DNA from: Methanococcus voltae
Lineage (GTDB): Archaea; AGJL01; Methanococci; Methanococcales; Methanococcaceae
Direction of reading: 5' to 3'
DNA: 24,000 nucleotides
Assembly (NCBI RefSeq): GCF_024807655.1
Contig: NZ_JANUCR010000004.1
Span: 117,282 to 141,281 of the forward strand
Shown: positions 15,877 through 23,866 of the stretch, one piece after another
Numbering within the stretch: position 1 is the stretch's first letter
Layout: the number at the start of each line of letters is the position of its first letter
Notes under the pieces: model-generated
Databases searched by the model: none
The model's input: the letters and a program-made list of their open reading frames with translations, nothing else
Told to the model about the DNA's origin: nothing
Program-made: the position numbers and the translations under genes

Positions 15877-18660
15877 ATGGTGGACGATATGGAAGTTGAA
15901 AGCGAATCGCAACTTGAAAATAAATTTATTAAACAATTAGTTAATCAAGGTTATTCAAGAATTAAAATAGAAGATGAAAAAGACTTAGAAAATAATTTTA
16001 GAGAACAATTATATTTACACAATAAAGAAAAATTAGATAATATTCCATTTAGTGATTATGAATTTAACAAGATCATGACTCAGTTATCTGGCAAAAGCAT
16101 ATTTGAAAGTGCTAAAATACTTCGAGATAAATGCATATTAGAGCGTGATGAGGGCAATACTCCTAAAAAAGTATATCTTGAATTTATCGATAGTAATAAC
16201 TTAAATAACAATATATTTCAAGTAACTAATCAAATTACGATGAAAGGAAAGTATGAAAATCGTTATGACGTTACCTTATTAATAAATGGCTTGCCTTTGA
16301 TACAAGTCGAATTAAAAAAGGCAGGTGTCGATATAAAAGAAGCTTTTAATCAAGTTATGAGGTATAGGAAGCATTCTTATAAAGGTCTTTTTAGATACAT
16401 ACAAATTTTTGTAATTGGAAGTAATAAAAATGTTAAGTATTTTGCAAACCGTGATGGGGAAATTTTATTTAATAGTGCTTTCTTCTGGGCTAATGTAGAT
16501 AATAAGCGTATAACTAACTTGGATGAATTTGCAGATAACTTTTTAGAAAAAAATCGTATTGCTAAAATTATTTCCGAATATATGATTATTAACGAGTCGG
16601 ATAAAAATCTAATGGTTATGAGACCTTATCAGATTTATGCGGTTGAATCCATTTTAGACCGTGCCATAAATACGAATAGTAACGGATACGTTTGGCATAC
16701 GACGGGCAGTGGTAAAACACTTACATCTTTTAAAGCAAGTCAATTATTAGCGAATAATCCCAAAATTGACCGGGTTTTCTTTTTAGTTGATAGAAAAGAT
16801 TTGGATGCACAAACAATAAAGGAATTTAATAAATTTGAAAAGGATTCTGTAGATGATACGGATAATACTAAAAATTTAGTTAAGCAAATTCAAGAAATTG
16901 ATAGAAAATTAATAGTTACTACAATTCAAAAAATGAGTATAGCCATTAAATCTGAAAAATATGCTGAAATAATGGACAAATACAAAGATGATAAAGTAAT
17001 ATTCATAATAGATGAATGTCATAGGTCTCAATTTGGTGAAATGCACAGGGTTATAAAAAAGCATTTCGTTAACGCTCAATATTTTGGATTTACAGGTACA
17101 CCAATCTTTAAGGAAAATAAAGGGGCTAAAGACATGGTCACTGCCGATTTGTTTAAAAAATGTTTACATACATATCTTATAAAAGATGCAATTAGGGACG
17201 GTAACGTATTGGGATTCCTTATTCAGTATTTTAAAACTTTTGAAGGTAACTATGATAAAAATGATGATACAAAAATTTATAAAATAAATAAAAAAGAGCT
17301 TTGGAGTACAGACGAACGTATATCCCTAATTTGTAATGACATTGTTAAAAATCATAACTTAAAAACACGTGATAAAGAATACTGTTCTATATTTGCGGTG
17401 GATAGTATTCCATCACTTATAAAGTACTATAATAAATTTAAAGAGTTTGACCACGATTTAAAAATAGCCGGAATTTATACTTATGAAGCTAATGAGGCCA
17501 GTGCGGGCATAAATGCAGAGCATTCTCGGGATATTTTAGAACGAATAATCAGCGATTATAATAAAATTTATAATACGAATTATTCAACAGATACATTTTC
17601 AAATTATTTCATAGATATTTCTAAAAGATTAAAAAATGGCCAAATTGATATTTTACTTGTCGTAAATATGTTTTTAACAGGTTTTGACAGTAAATTATTG
17701 AATACAATTTATATCGATAAAGATATGAAATATCACAATTTAATACAGGCTTTTTCAAGAACTAATAGGGTATATTCTGCGAATAAACCACATGGTAATG
17801 TAGTATGTTATAGAAATTTGAGAGAGAAAACTGAAAATGCTATTCGTTTATTTTCTCAAACGGATGATGTAGATACTGTACTTATGGAAAGCTACGAATT
17901 TTATTTGGATAAATTTAAAGAACGCTTAGAAAAATTACATAATATCGCAAATACGCCTGACGATGTAGATTTGATAGAAGGTGAATCAAAAACTTCCGAA
18001 TTTGTTATGGCATTTAAAAATTTGACTAAGGTACTTGTTACGATGAAGAATTTTGTAGAATTCGAATTTGAAGAGGATAAACTTGGCATTGATGAACAAA
18101 CATATCAGGAGTATAAAACTAAATACCTTATGGTCTATGATGATGTAACTAGAGGTGAATACGAAGGTACATCAGTTCTTAAAGACATAGATTTTAGTAT
18201 TGAGTTAATGTATACCGATAAAATAAATGTGGATTATATTCTCAATCTTTTAAAGAATTTGGATATAGATAATACCAAAAATAGAGATAAAGAAATAAAA
18301 GATATCGTCGATAAGTTGAAAAAGGCAGATAATGAAGAATTAAGATTAAAAGTAGAATTAATACAGGAATTTTTAGAAAAAGAAGTCCCAAAAATTATCG
18401 AATTAAATAATCAGGATGATATTGAATCATTATATTATGAATTTGAAGATAAAAAAAGAACAGAAGAAGTTGAAGAATTTGCAAAAGAAAATAATATCGA
18501 TACTACCAAATTATGGAGCTATGTGGAAGAATATGATTACTCGAAAACTTTGGATAAAAAAGCCGTAGGCGATAGTATTTCAGCTCCATTTTTGAAGAAA
18601 AAGAGAATTATCAATAAAGTTAGCGAATTTATACAATATCAGGCTAAAAAATACGCTTAA
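15877..18660 (+). CDS. hsdR: type I restriction enzyme R subunit (EcoR124-like / type IC pattern)
   Basis: The N-terminal PD-(D/E)xK nuclease motif is YDVTLLINGLPLIQVELKK. Helicase motifs are WHTTGSGKTLT, IIDECHRSQFG, FTGTPIF and LTGFDSKLLNTIYIDKDMKYHNLIQAFSRTNR. The real start may be the ATG at 15889, because GGTGGA lies 4 nt upstream of it. Confidence 0.92.
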   Translation: MVDDMEVESESQLENKFIKQLVNQGYSRIKIEDEKDLENNFREQLYLHNKEKLDNIPFSDYEFNKIMTQLSGKSIFESAKILRDKCILERDEGNTPKKVYLEFIDSNNLNNNIFQVTNQITMKGKYENRYDVTLLINGLPLIQVELKKAGVDIKEAFNQVMRYRKHSYKGLFRYIQIFVIGSNKNVKYFANRDGEILFNSAFFWANVDNKRITNLDEFADNFLEKNRIAKIISEYMIINESDKNLMVMRPYQIYAVESILDRAINTNSNGYVWHTTGSGKTLTSFKASQLLANNPKIDRVFFLVDRKDLDAQTIKEFNKFEKDSVDDTDNTKNLVKQIQEIDRKLIVTTIQKMSIAIKSEKYAEIMDKYKDDKVIFIIDECHRSQFGEMHRVIKKHFVNAQYFGFTGTPIFKENKGAKDMVTADLFKKCLHTYLIKDAIRDGNVLGFLIQYFKTFEGNYDKNDDTKIYKINKKELWSTDERISLICNDIVKNHNLKTRDKEYCSIFAVDSIPSLIKYYNKFKEFDHDLKIAGIYTYEANEASAGINAEHSRDILERIISDYNKIYNTNYSTDTFSNYFIDISKRLKNGQIDILLVVNMFLTGFDSKLLNTIYIDKDMKYHNLIQAFSRTNRVYSANKPHGNVVCYRNLREKTENAIRLFSQTDDVDTVLMESYEFYLDKFKERLEKLHNIANTPDDVDLIEGESKTSEFVMAFKNLTKVLVTMKNFVEFEFEEDKLGIDEQTYQEYKTKYLMVYDDVTRGEYEGTSVLKDIDFSIELMYTDKINVDYILNLLKNLDIDNTKNRDKEIKDIVDKLKKADNEELRLKVELIQEFLEKEVPKIIELNNQDDIESLYYEFEDKKRTEEVEEFAKENNIDTTKLWSYVEEYDYSKTLDKKAVGDSISAPFLKKKRIINKVSEFIQYQAKKYA

Positions 18661-18706
18661 ATACACTAAATACACTAAATACACTAAATACACTAAATAT
18701 ACTTAA
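18651..18706. repeat. 9-bp tandem repeat ATACACTAA x4, flanked by two degenerate 10-bp copies
   Basis: The sequence reads ATACGCTTAA, then ATACACTAA four times (18661-18696), then ATATACTTAA. The first degenerate copy contains the hsdR stop codon. Confidence 0.9.
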
Positions 18707-18838
18707 AATATTTAATTAACTATTACTTTTTTAAATTTAATTAAATGATAAATTAAAATATAGGTAAAGATAATTACGTAATAGATTAATAATATTATAA
18801 TGATAATTTAATAAAATAATAATATATTAAGGGTAATT

Positions 18839-20383
18839 ATGATAACAAGCACTAAACAAAAAGAACAAAAAAATCAATTAAATACTAAATTATGGTCCAT
18901 TGCCAACGATTTAAGGGGTAATATGGAACATAATGAGTTTAAAAATTATATTTTAGGAGTAATTTTTTATAGATATCTTTCTGAAAAATTGGAAAATAGG
19001 GTTTCTAACTTACTTAAAGAAGATAACATAACTTATGCGGAAGCTTGGAATGACGAAGAATACACTGAAGAGCTTAAAGAAGAATTATTAGATGAAATAG
19101 GTTATTATATTGCACCAGAATATTTATTTTCCACAATGGTAAATAAAATAACGAATACTAAAGACTTTACAATTGAGGAATTATCCAAAGCAATTGGTAG
19201 TATAAACGAATCTACACTCGGAACAAAAAGTCAGGATGCTTTTGAAAATTTATTTGACGATTTAGATTTGGAATCCAACAAACTTGGCCAGAAAGTAGAA
19301 GCAAGGTCTAAACTTATGGCTAAAGTACTTTCTAAGATTGCAGAAATTGATTTTAGTCACGAAGATTCTGAAATTGATGTTTTAGGAGATGCTTATGAGT
19401 TTTTAATATCTCAGTTTGCTTCAAGTGCGGGAAAGAAAGCAGGGGAATTTTATACACCTCAACAAGTATCTAAAATATTGGCCAAAATTGTAACGATGGG
19501 TAAAAAAGATTTAAAAAGTGTTTACGACCCAACTTGTGGTTCAGGCTCTTTATTACTTAGGATATCAAAAGAGGCAGATGTACGTAAATTTTACGGTCAA
19601 GAAGTTATATCGACCACTTACAACTTGGCACGTATGAATATGTTATTACACAACGTATCTTATGATAAATTTGACATACAAAATGATGATGTTTTAGAAA
19701 ACCCTAAACATTTGGGTAAAAAGTTTGATGCAGTAGTTGCAAATCCACCATATTCTCAAACTTGGGATAATTCTATGCATAATGATGACGATAGATTTAG
19801 CGAATATGGAAAAATGGCTCCAAATTCCAAAGCAGATTTTGCTTTTGTACAACATATGATTTACCATTTAGCAGATAAAGGTGTCATGGCCGTTGTATTA
19901 CCTCACGGTGTATTATTTAGGGGTAATGCAGAGGGTACTATAAGAAAATACCTTATAAAAGAAAAGAATTATTTAGATGCTGTGATAGGACTACCGTCAA
20001 ATATATTCTTTGGAACGGGTATTCCTACAACTATATTGGTATTTAAAAAATGCAGAGAAACTGGGGACAATGTTTTATTTATAGATGCTTCAAACGATTA
20101 TGAACCTGGTAAAAATCAAAATATACTTAGGGACGAAGACGTTGAGAAAATAATTGATACCTATAAAGAAAGAAAAGCAATTGATAAATATTCAGCGGTT
20201 GCTACTTTGGACGATATAAAAGAAAATGATTACAATTTAAATATTCCTCGATATGTGGATACTTTTGAAGAAGAAGAACCAGTCAATATGGAAAAAGTTA
20301 AAGCAGAAATTAAAGAATTAAAAGAACAATTTTTAAAACAGGATGAAGATTTAGAAAAAATATTAAATGAATTAGAATTATAA
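18839..20383 (+). CDS. hsdM: type I R-M N6-adenine DNA methyltransferase subunit
   Basis: Motif I is DPTCGSGSLLL. Motif IV is VVANPPYS. The N-terminal HsdM_N-like region is WSIANDLRG...FKNYILGVIFYRYLSE. An AGGGTAA RBS lies upstream. Confidence 0.93.
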   Translation: MITSTKQKEQKNQLNTKLWSIANDLRGNMEHNEFKNYILGVIFYRYLSEKLENRVSNLLKEDNITYAEAWNDEEYTEELKEELLDEIGYYIAPEYLFSTMVNKITNTKDFTIEELSKAIGSINESTLGTKSQDAFENLFDDLDLESNKLGQKVEARSKLMAKVLSKIAEIDFSHEDSEIDVLGDAYEFLISQFASSAGKKAGEFYTPQQVSKILAKIVTMGKKDLKSVYDPTCGSGSLLLRISKEADVRKFYGQEVISTTYNLARMNMLLHNVSYDKFDIQNDDVLENPKHLGKKFDAVVANPPYSQTWDNSMHNDDDRFSEYGKMAPNSKADFAFVQHMIYHLADKGVMAVVLPHGVLFRGNAEGTIRKYLIKEKNYLDAVIGLPSNIFFGTGIPTTILVFKKCRETGDNVLFIDASNDYEPGKNQNILRDEDVEKIIDTYKERKAIDKYSAVATLDDIKENDYNLNIPRYVDTFEEEEPVNMEKVKAEIKELKEQFLKQDEDLEKILNELEL

Positions 20384-20395
20384 ATTAAATAAATA

Positions 20396-20406
20396 TTTTT
20401 ATTTTT
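20396..20406 (+). terminator. T5-A-T5 tract between convergent hsdM and hsdS
   Basis: TTTTTATTTTT lies within the 21-nt gap between the hsdM stop (20383) and the hsdS stop (20405). Confidence 0.35.
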
Positions 20407-21652
20407 AACATTTAACTCGTATTTCTCCAGTAAGTAACTTCTGCATTAAACCTTTTTTTTGCATTTTTAAAAGTTCTAATTTTTCCTTTAAAATTTCTAT
20501 TTCTTTATCTTGCAATGATAAAACTTCTGCAATTTGTTCCTGTTCTTCAAGTGTTGGAAGTTGTATTTTCATATTTTTAATGTCTTTTCCATATAAATGA
20601 ACTATTGTAGTTCCTTGTGCATATTTTGCTAATTCATATTTTTTACCATATGTTAAATAATATGCCAAAAATTCGTTATTATATTTATTTTCGTATTTTT
20701 TTCTTAATATATTAATATCTCCCCCCAATATTACGTTTTCTTCATTTATTGCTGTAGCATTTGCTAAATCAATCCCTGTAGTAGTGGTAGATGCGGGTAT
20801 TAATATATCCCCTTTTTCGGAATGTATTTTTTCTTTAAAATCTGTTTTACTAAGCACTTCTTTTATAACTTCAGAATATGTCGTATATAGTTCACCGTAT
20901 AATATGCACTTAAATTTACCATTTTTATTTAACTTTTCTTTAGATAATCCATTACCTTTTAAAAATTTGCAAATTTCACCTAATTTAACTTCTTTCCATT
21001 CTTCATTAAATCCTGGGAAACGAACTTTACCAGTTAATAAATTTTGCATTAAACCTTTTTTATATTCTTCCTTTTTAGAAATTAAATTTTCTAAAGTTTC
21101 AATATGATTATCCCATTTTGTTAAGATTTCCGCAATTTTTTGCTGTTCTTTTAATGGGGGAAGTGGTATACATAAATTTCGTAGTGATTTCAAAGATAAA
21201 TTTTTAATTGTAGAGCCAGTCAATTCCGAATAAAATTGAGAAACAGTTCTGGGAGATTGAATAACATAATAAATAAAATTTTTAATATTTTTATTTTTTA
21301 GATTAATATAAGCCACACTTTTGCCCAACAAAATTTTTTCATTGTTATAATATGAGCAATTTCCAATAGTTCCATTTATCGATAATAATAATGCATCTTC
21401 TGCAATTTTTTGTTTTAATTTATTAAATTCTTCAAAACTTATTAATTTAGTATCGTTAGTATGTACAATAGTCCCATTTTTTAAATTATTTCCATTTATA
21501 AAATAATATTTTCCATTAGTACAATATTTTGGAGTACTATGTATCCCATCACCAATGAAACTACAAACGTCCCCTAATTTTTTAACTTCCCAATCATTAG
21601 GTATCAAACCTATTTTAGTTTCTTTATATCCTTCTTTTATCATTTTTATCAC
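20405..21652 (-). CDS. hsdS: type I R-M specificity subunit (two target-recognition domains)
   Basis: 415 aa. It has two variable TRDs and the duplicated conserved regions LPPLKEQQKIAEIL...KKGLMQNLLTGKVRF and LPTLEEQEQIAEVL...KKGLMQKLLTGEIRV. It is oriented opposite to hsdR and hsdM. Confidence 0.92.
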   Translation of the reverse strand: MIKMIKEGYKETKIGLIPNDWEVKKLGDVCSFIGDGIHSTPKYCTNGKYYFINGNNLKNGTIVHTNDTKLISFEEFNKLKQKIAEDALLLSINGTIGNCSYYNNEKILLGKSVAYINLKNKNIKNFIYYVIQSPRTVSQFYSELTGSTIKNLSLKSLRNLCIPLPPLKEQQKIAEILTKWDNHIETLENLISKKEEYKKGLMQNLLTGKVRFPGFNEEWKEVKLGEICKFLKGNGLSKEKLNKNGKFKCILYGELYTTYSEVIKEVLSKTDFKEKIHSEKGDILIPASTTTTGIDLANATAINEENVILGGDINILRKKYENKYNNEFLAYYLTYGKKYELAKYAQGTTIVHLYGKDIKNMKIQLPTLEEQEQIAEVLSLQDKEIEILKEKLELLKMQKKGLMQKLLTGEIRVKC

Positions 21653-21655
21653 TAT

Positions 21656-21811
21656 TTAATTTTTCCTTATAACAATAGCTTTTTCTCCGTCAAATATTTC
21701 ATGAGTGACATTAACTTCTCTATCTTCTAAATCTTTTAAAATAAATTCTACGTCCGATTTACTTAAAGTTACTGCGAAAGCGTTTCCATTTTTATAAATC
21801 TTTTTAATCAA
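21656..21811 (-). CDS. AbrB/MazE (SpoVT-type swapped-hairpin) like small protein, TTG start; absent from the ORF track
   Basis: My own minus-strand translation is (M)IKKIYKNGNAFAVTLSKSDVEFILKDLEDREVNVTHEIFDGEKAIVIRKN, 51 aa. The K.GNa.AVtLsK ... dg..ivIrk pattern resembles MazE/AbrB antitoxin-type DNA binders. A GGTGAT RBS lies 3 nt before the TTG. The stop lies 3 nt before the hsdS ATG. Confidence 0.5.
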   Translation of the reverse strand: MIKKIYKNGNAFAVTLSKSDVEFILKDLEDREVNVTHEIFDGEKAIVIRKN

Positions 21812-21859
21812 ATTATCACCAAAATTATTCTAACGTAATATACGATGTATCATACAAAA

Positions 21860-21867
21860 TATATAAA
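21860..21867 (-). promoter_or_regulatory. TTTATATA box upstream of the AbrB-like/hsdS transcription unit
   Basis: The minus strand reads CCCTTTATATATTTTG. The box lies ~50 nt upstream of the TTG at 21811. Confidence 0.35.
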
Positions 21868-21872
21868 GGGTG

Positions 21873-21946
21873 GTGGTTGGGGTCTTGTTGGTGGCGTATT
21901 TAATAACATTTTATATTGGCTTGGGACGTGGTTGGGGTCTGTGGCG
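21873..21946. repeat. G+C-rich direct repeat GTGGTTGGGGTCT...GTGGCG x2, spaced 55 nt
   Basis: GTGGTTGGGGTCT occurs at 21873-21885 (followed by TGTTGGTGGCG) and at 21928-21940 (followed by GTGGCG). The repeats lie immediately upstream of the minus-strand TATA box at 21860-21867. Confidence 0.6.
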
Positions 21947-21956
21947 AGCCAAAAGC

Positions 21957-21976
21957 CGAGGGAGTTAAATCCCTCG
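21957..21976 (-). terminator. perfect 7-bp hairpin (CGAGGGA-N6-TCCCTCG), probable terminator of the upstream minus-strand genes
   Basis: On the minus strand the hairpin is followed by GCTTTTGG. It lies ~90 nt after the stop at 22064. No plus-strand gene ends nearby. Confidence 0.35.
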
Positions 21977-22063
21977 TTTGCTCTTGTTTTGCTGTTTAAT
22001 GGTCATAATATCGTTATATTTTTATATATATCGTTATCGTTATAATTATAACTTATATATAAT

Positions 22064-22759
22064 TTATAAAATCTTTAAAACCGTTTCAGCGTATAAATCG
22101 TTTAAGCGGTCTTTAACTCTTTTATCTTTCGGTTTTAAAATTATTTTGCCGTTTTTAAATATTCTTATTTCTCCGACTTCCTTATAAGCTTCTGAAATTG
22201 TTTCTTTAAGTTCTTCAACATCTTTATTAAATGGCTTTTGGTATTCAATGTTAAAATTAAACTCTAAGTTTAATAACTCGGTTAGCTTGTCAAGTTCCCA
22301 AATCATATAATAGGTATCGTTTTCTATACGTCCACCGCTTAAAAGTACTCCTTTTTTATTCATATCTACAATAAAGTTTTTTATATCGTCGTTGCTCATT
22401 TCATTACGTTCTTTTTTTCTTCTTAAGTCCCATATAATATTAGAATAGCTTAAACTTCTCATCAACTGACTTATTTTAAGTTCTTTGGGGTTGGGATACT
22501 TTTTAATAAATATTTTTTCCATTTCTTCATAAGAATTCATATTCATTAAACTTCTTTCGGTCTCTGTATCGACTTTAATTTTATAATTATCCGCTAAAAG
22601 TTCAGAATATATATGTTCTTTCAATCTTCTTGTTAAATCGTGCTTAACGTGGAACATACAAATATTGTAATCTTTTTCAATCTTTTTAAGTTCATTCTCT
22701 AAGTTTTGTACGTTAACTGTTTTATATTCTGAAATTGCTTCCATATTTTCACCAACCAA
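22064..22759 (-). CDS. hypothetical protein (231 aa by ORF track; likely start is the ATG at 22744)
   Basis: The track start is a TTG at 22759. The ATG at 22742-22744 (MEAISEYK...) is preceded by GGTTGGTGA at 4-nt spacing and is more convincing. No family recognised. Confidence 0.65.
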   Translation of the reverse strand: MVGENMEAISEYKTVNVQNLENELKKIEKDYNICMFHVKHDLTRRLKEHIYSELLADNYKIKVDTETERSLMNMNSYEEMEKIFIKKYPNPKELKISQLMRSLSYSNIIWDLRRKKERNEMSNDDIKNFIVDMNKKGVLLSGGRIENDTYYMIWELDKLTELLNLEFNFNIEYQKPFNKDVEELKETISEAYKEVGEIRIFKNGKIILKPKDKRVKDRLNDLYAETVLKIL

Positions 22760-22858
22760 CCTATAATTTAATTTATTTGTTAAATTAATTAATAAATAAC
22801 TAAATAAATAATATATAATAAATAATTAAAAATCTATTAAAATTAATTAAATATTAAA

Positions 22859-23197
22859 TTAATAAATCGTTAATAAAATTGTTTTTTCAAATGTAGACTC
22901 ATAAACATTAGGCTCTACTTTATTATACGTCTTATCTTTTAGATAATCCATCATAGCTTTTGCAAGGTCGTAGTTTTCACTTTTTAAGGTCTTTTCTTCT
23001 AAATTTCTAATGGTATCCCATTTATAATTTTTTATTTCCATTCTGCCGGTTTTAGTATCCATTATTGTGCATTTTTCCGTATCGTCATTATAAACATACT
23101 TCTTGTTAATCTGCGGTAATGTTATTCTAACCATCCATTGGTCTTTAACATTGCATACAATTTCTAATTTTAAAAATACTACTTCGGTTTTTTGCAT
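22859..23197 (-). CDS. hypothetical protein (112 aa)
   Basis: The ATG is preceded by the conserved TTTTAGTTTGGAGTTG motif at 5-nt spacing. No family recognised. Confidence 0.6.
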   Translation of the reverse strand: MQKTEVVFLKLEIVCNVKDQWMVRITLPQINKKYVYNDDTEKCTIMDTKTGRMEIKNYKWDTIRNLEEKTLKSENYDLAKAMMDYLKDKTYNKVEPNVYESTFEKTILLTIY

Positions 23198-23249
23198 CTC
23201 ACCAACTCCAAACTAAAAGATTGATTAAATAAATGATTAAATATTAAAT

Positions 23250-23279
23250 ATTAAATTAATAAATATTAAATTAATAAAT
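23250..23279. repeat. perfect tandem duplication of the 15-mer ATTAAATTAATAAAT (third copy at 22853-22867)
   Basis: Copies are at 23250-23264, 23265-23279 and 22853-22867. All sit at or just after the 3' ends of minus-strand genes. Confidence 0.8.
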
Positions 23280-23282
23280 AAA

Positions 23283-23768
23283 TTAAAATTCAATTTTTTC
23301 AGCTTCTGAAATATTTTCCGTTAAATAATTTACCATGTTCCTAAGGTCCTCTTTTGGAAGTCTCGGAGCTTCTTTATTTAATTCATTTTCATAAAAGTTC
23401 AATTCTTCTTTAAAATCCGTTAAAACTTCATCTTTAAAGCTTTCTAATTTTACACGCTCGTCAAATGGGTCCCGATTTTCTTCAAATGGTATAAACGGAA
23501 TTTTATAAATTTCTATCTCTTTTTTATCCAAATCAACTGTATAATGATATTCAATGTCTGAATGAAAACCCAACCCAGTGCAGTGGCCTTTATTGGCCAA
23601 CATATTTTTAAAAATTTCCGTATCTTCCATATTATACAAATTTCTAATGTCTCCGCCCGCCATACGTCTTAAATAAACATATGCACCCCACGGGTAATTA
23701 TCCGAATGTTTATAGATTACATAGCTTAAACCATTCTTTTTTATTTCGTATGTTCCTCTTGTGCTCAC
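23283..23768 (-). CDS. hypothetical protein (161 aa), GTG start
   Basis: The GTG is preceded by the same TTTTAGTTTGGAGTTG motif at 5-nt spacing. The N-terminus is STRGTYEIKKNGLSYVIYKHSDNYPWGAYVYL and the C-terminal half is acidic. No family assigned. Confidence 0.65.
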   Translation of the reverse strand: MSTRGTYEIKKNGLSYVIYKHSDNYPWGAYVYLRRMAGGDIRNLYNMEDTEIFKNMLANKGHCTGLGFHSDIEYHYTVDLDKKEIEIYKIPFIPFEENRDPFDERVKLESFKDEVLTDFKEELNFYENELNKEAPRLPKEDLRNMVNYLTENISEAEKIEF

Positions 23769-23866
23769 TTTATCAACTCCAAACTAAAAATATTAATTTA
23801 AATAAATAATTAAAAGTAAATTAAAATATTGAAAATCTAAATCGATTATTACAATCTACTACATTA

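Noticed and set aside
17901-18089. Minus-strand 62-aa ORF inside hsdR
   Set aside because: It is antisense to a gene with an unambiguous motif set, and its translation is Ser/Asn/Phe low-complexity sequence.
15877-18660. The helicase-containing 927-aa protein as a Cas3 for the neighbouring array
   Set aside because: It has the HsdR-specific N-terminal PD-ExK nuclease motif and an EcoR124-like helicase motif set, and it lacks an HD domain. hsdM and hsdS follow it. It is a type I restriction subunit, not Cas3.
20784-21107. Plus-strand 107-aa ORF inside hsdS
   Set aside because: It is antisense to hsdS, whose duplicated conserved regions identify the true frame.
20405-21652. Phase-variable hsdS shufflon (inverting specificity genes)
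   Set aside because: The window contains only one hsdS, no silent partial hsdS copies, no site-specific recombinase, and no inverted repeats at the borders of the inverted segment. The internal repeats (TTGCATTAAACCTTTTTT, twice) are the normal duplicated conserved regions of HsdS.
21950-21985. tRNA-like T-arm (GAGGGAGTTAAATCCCTC), possibly a tRNA gene or att-site fragment
   Set aside because: The loop is 6 nt (GTTAAA) with a 7-bp stem, rather than a 5-bp stem with a 7-nt TTCRAAT loop. I could find no complementary acceptor strand, D-arm or anticodon arm in the preceding ~70 nt on either strand.
21845-22187. Plus-strand ORFs 21845-22045 (Gly/Trp-rich) and 21978-22187
   Set aside because: The Gly/Trp richness is just the translation of the GGTTGGGG direct repeats. 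The ORFs span a hairpin and A+T-rich repeats, lack an RBS, and the second overlaps the 3' end of a minus-strand gene. The region is better explained as regulatory or structured DNA or RNA.
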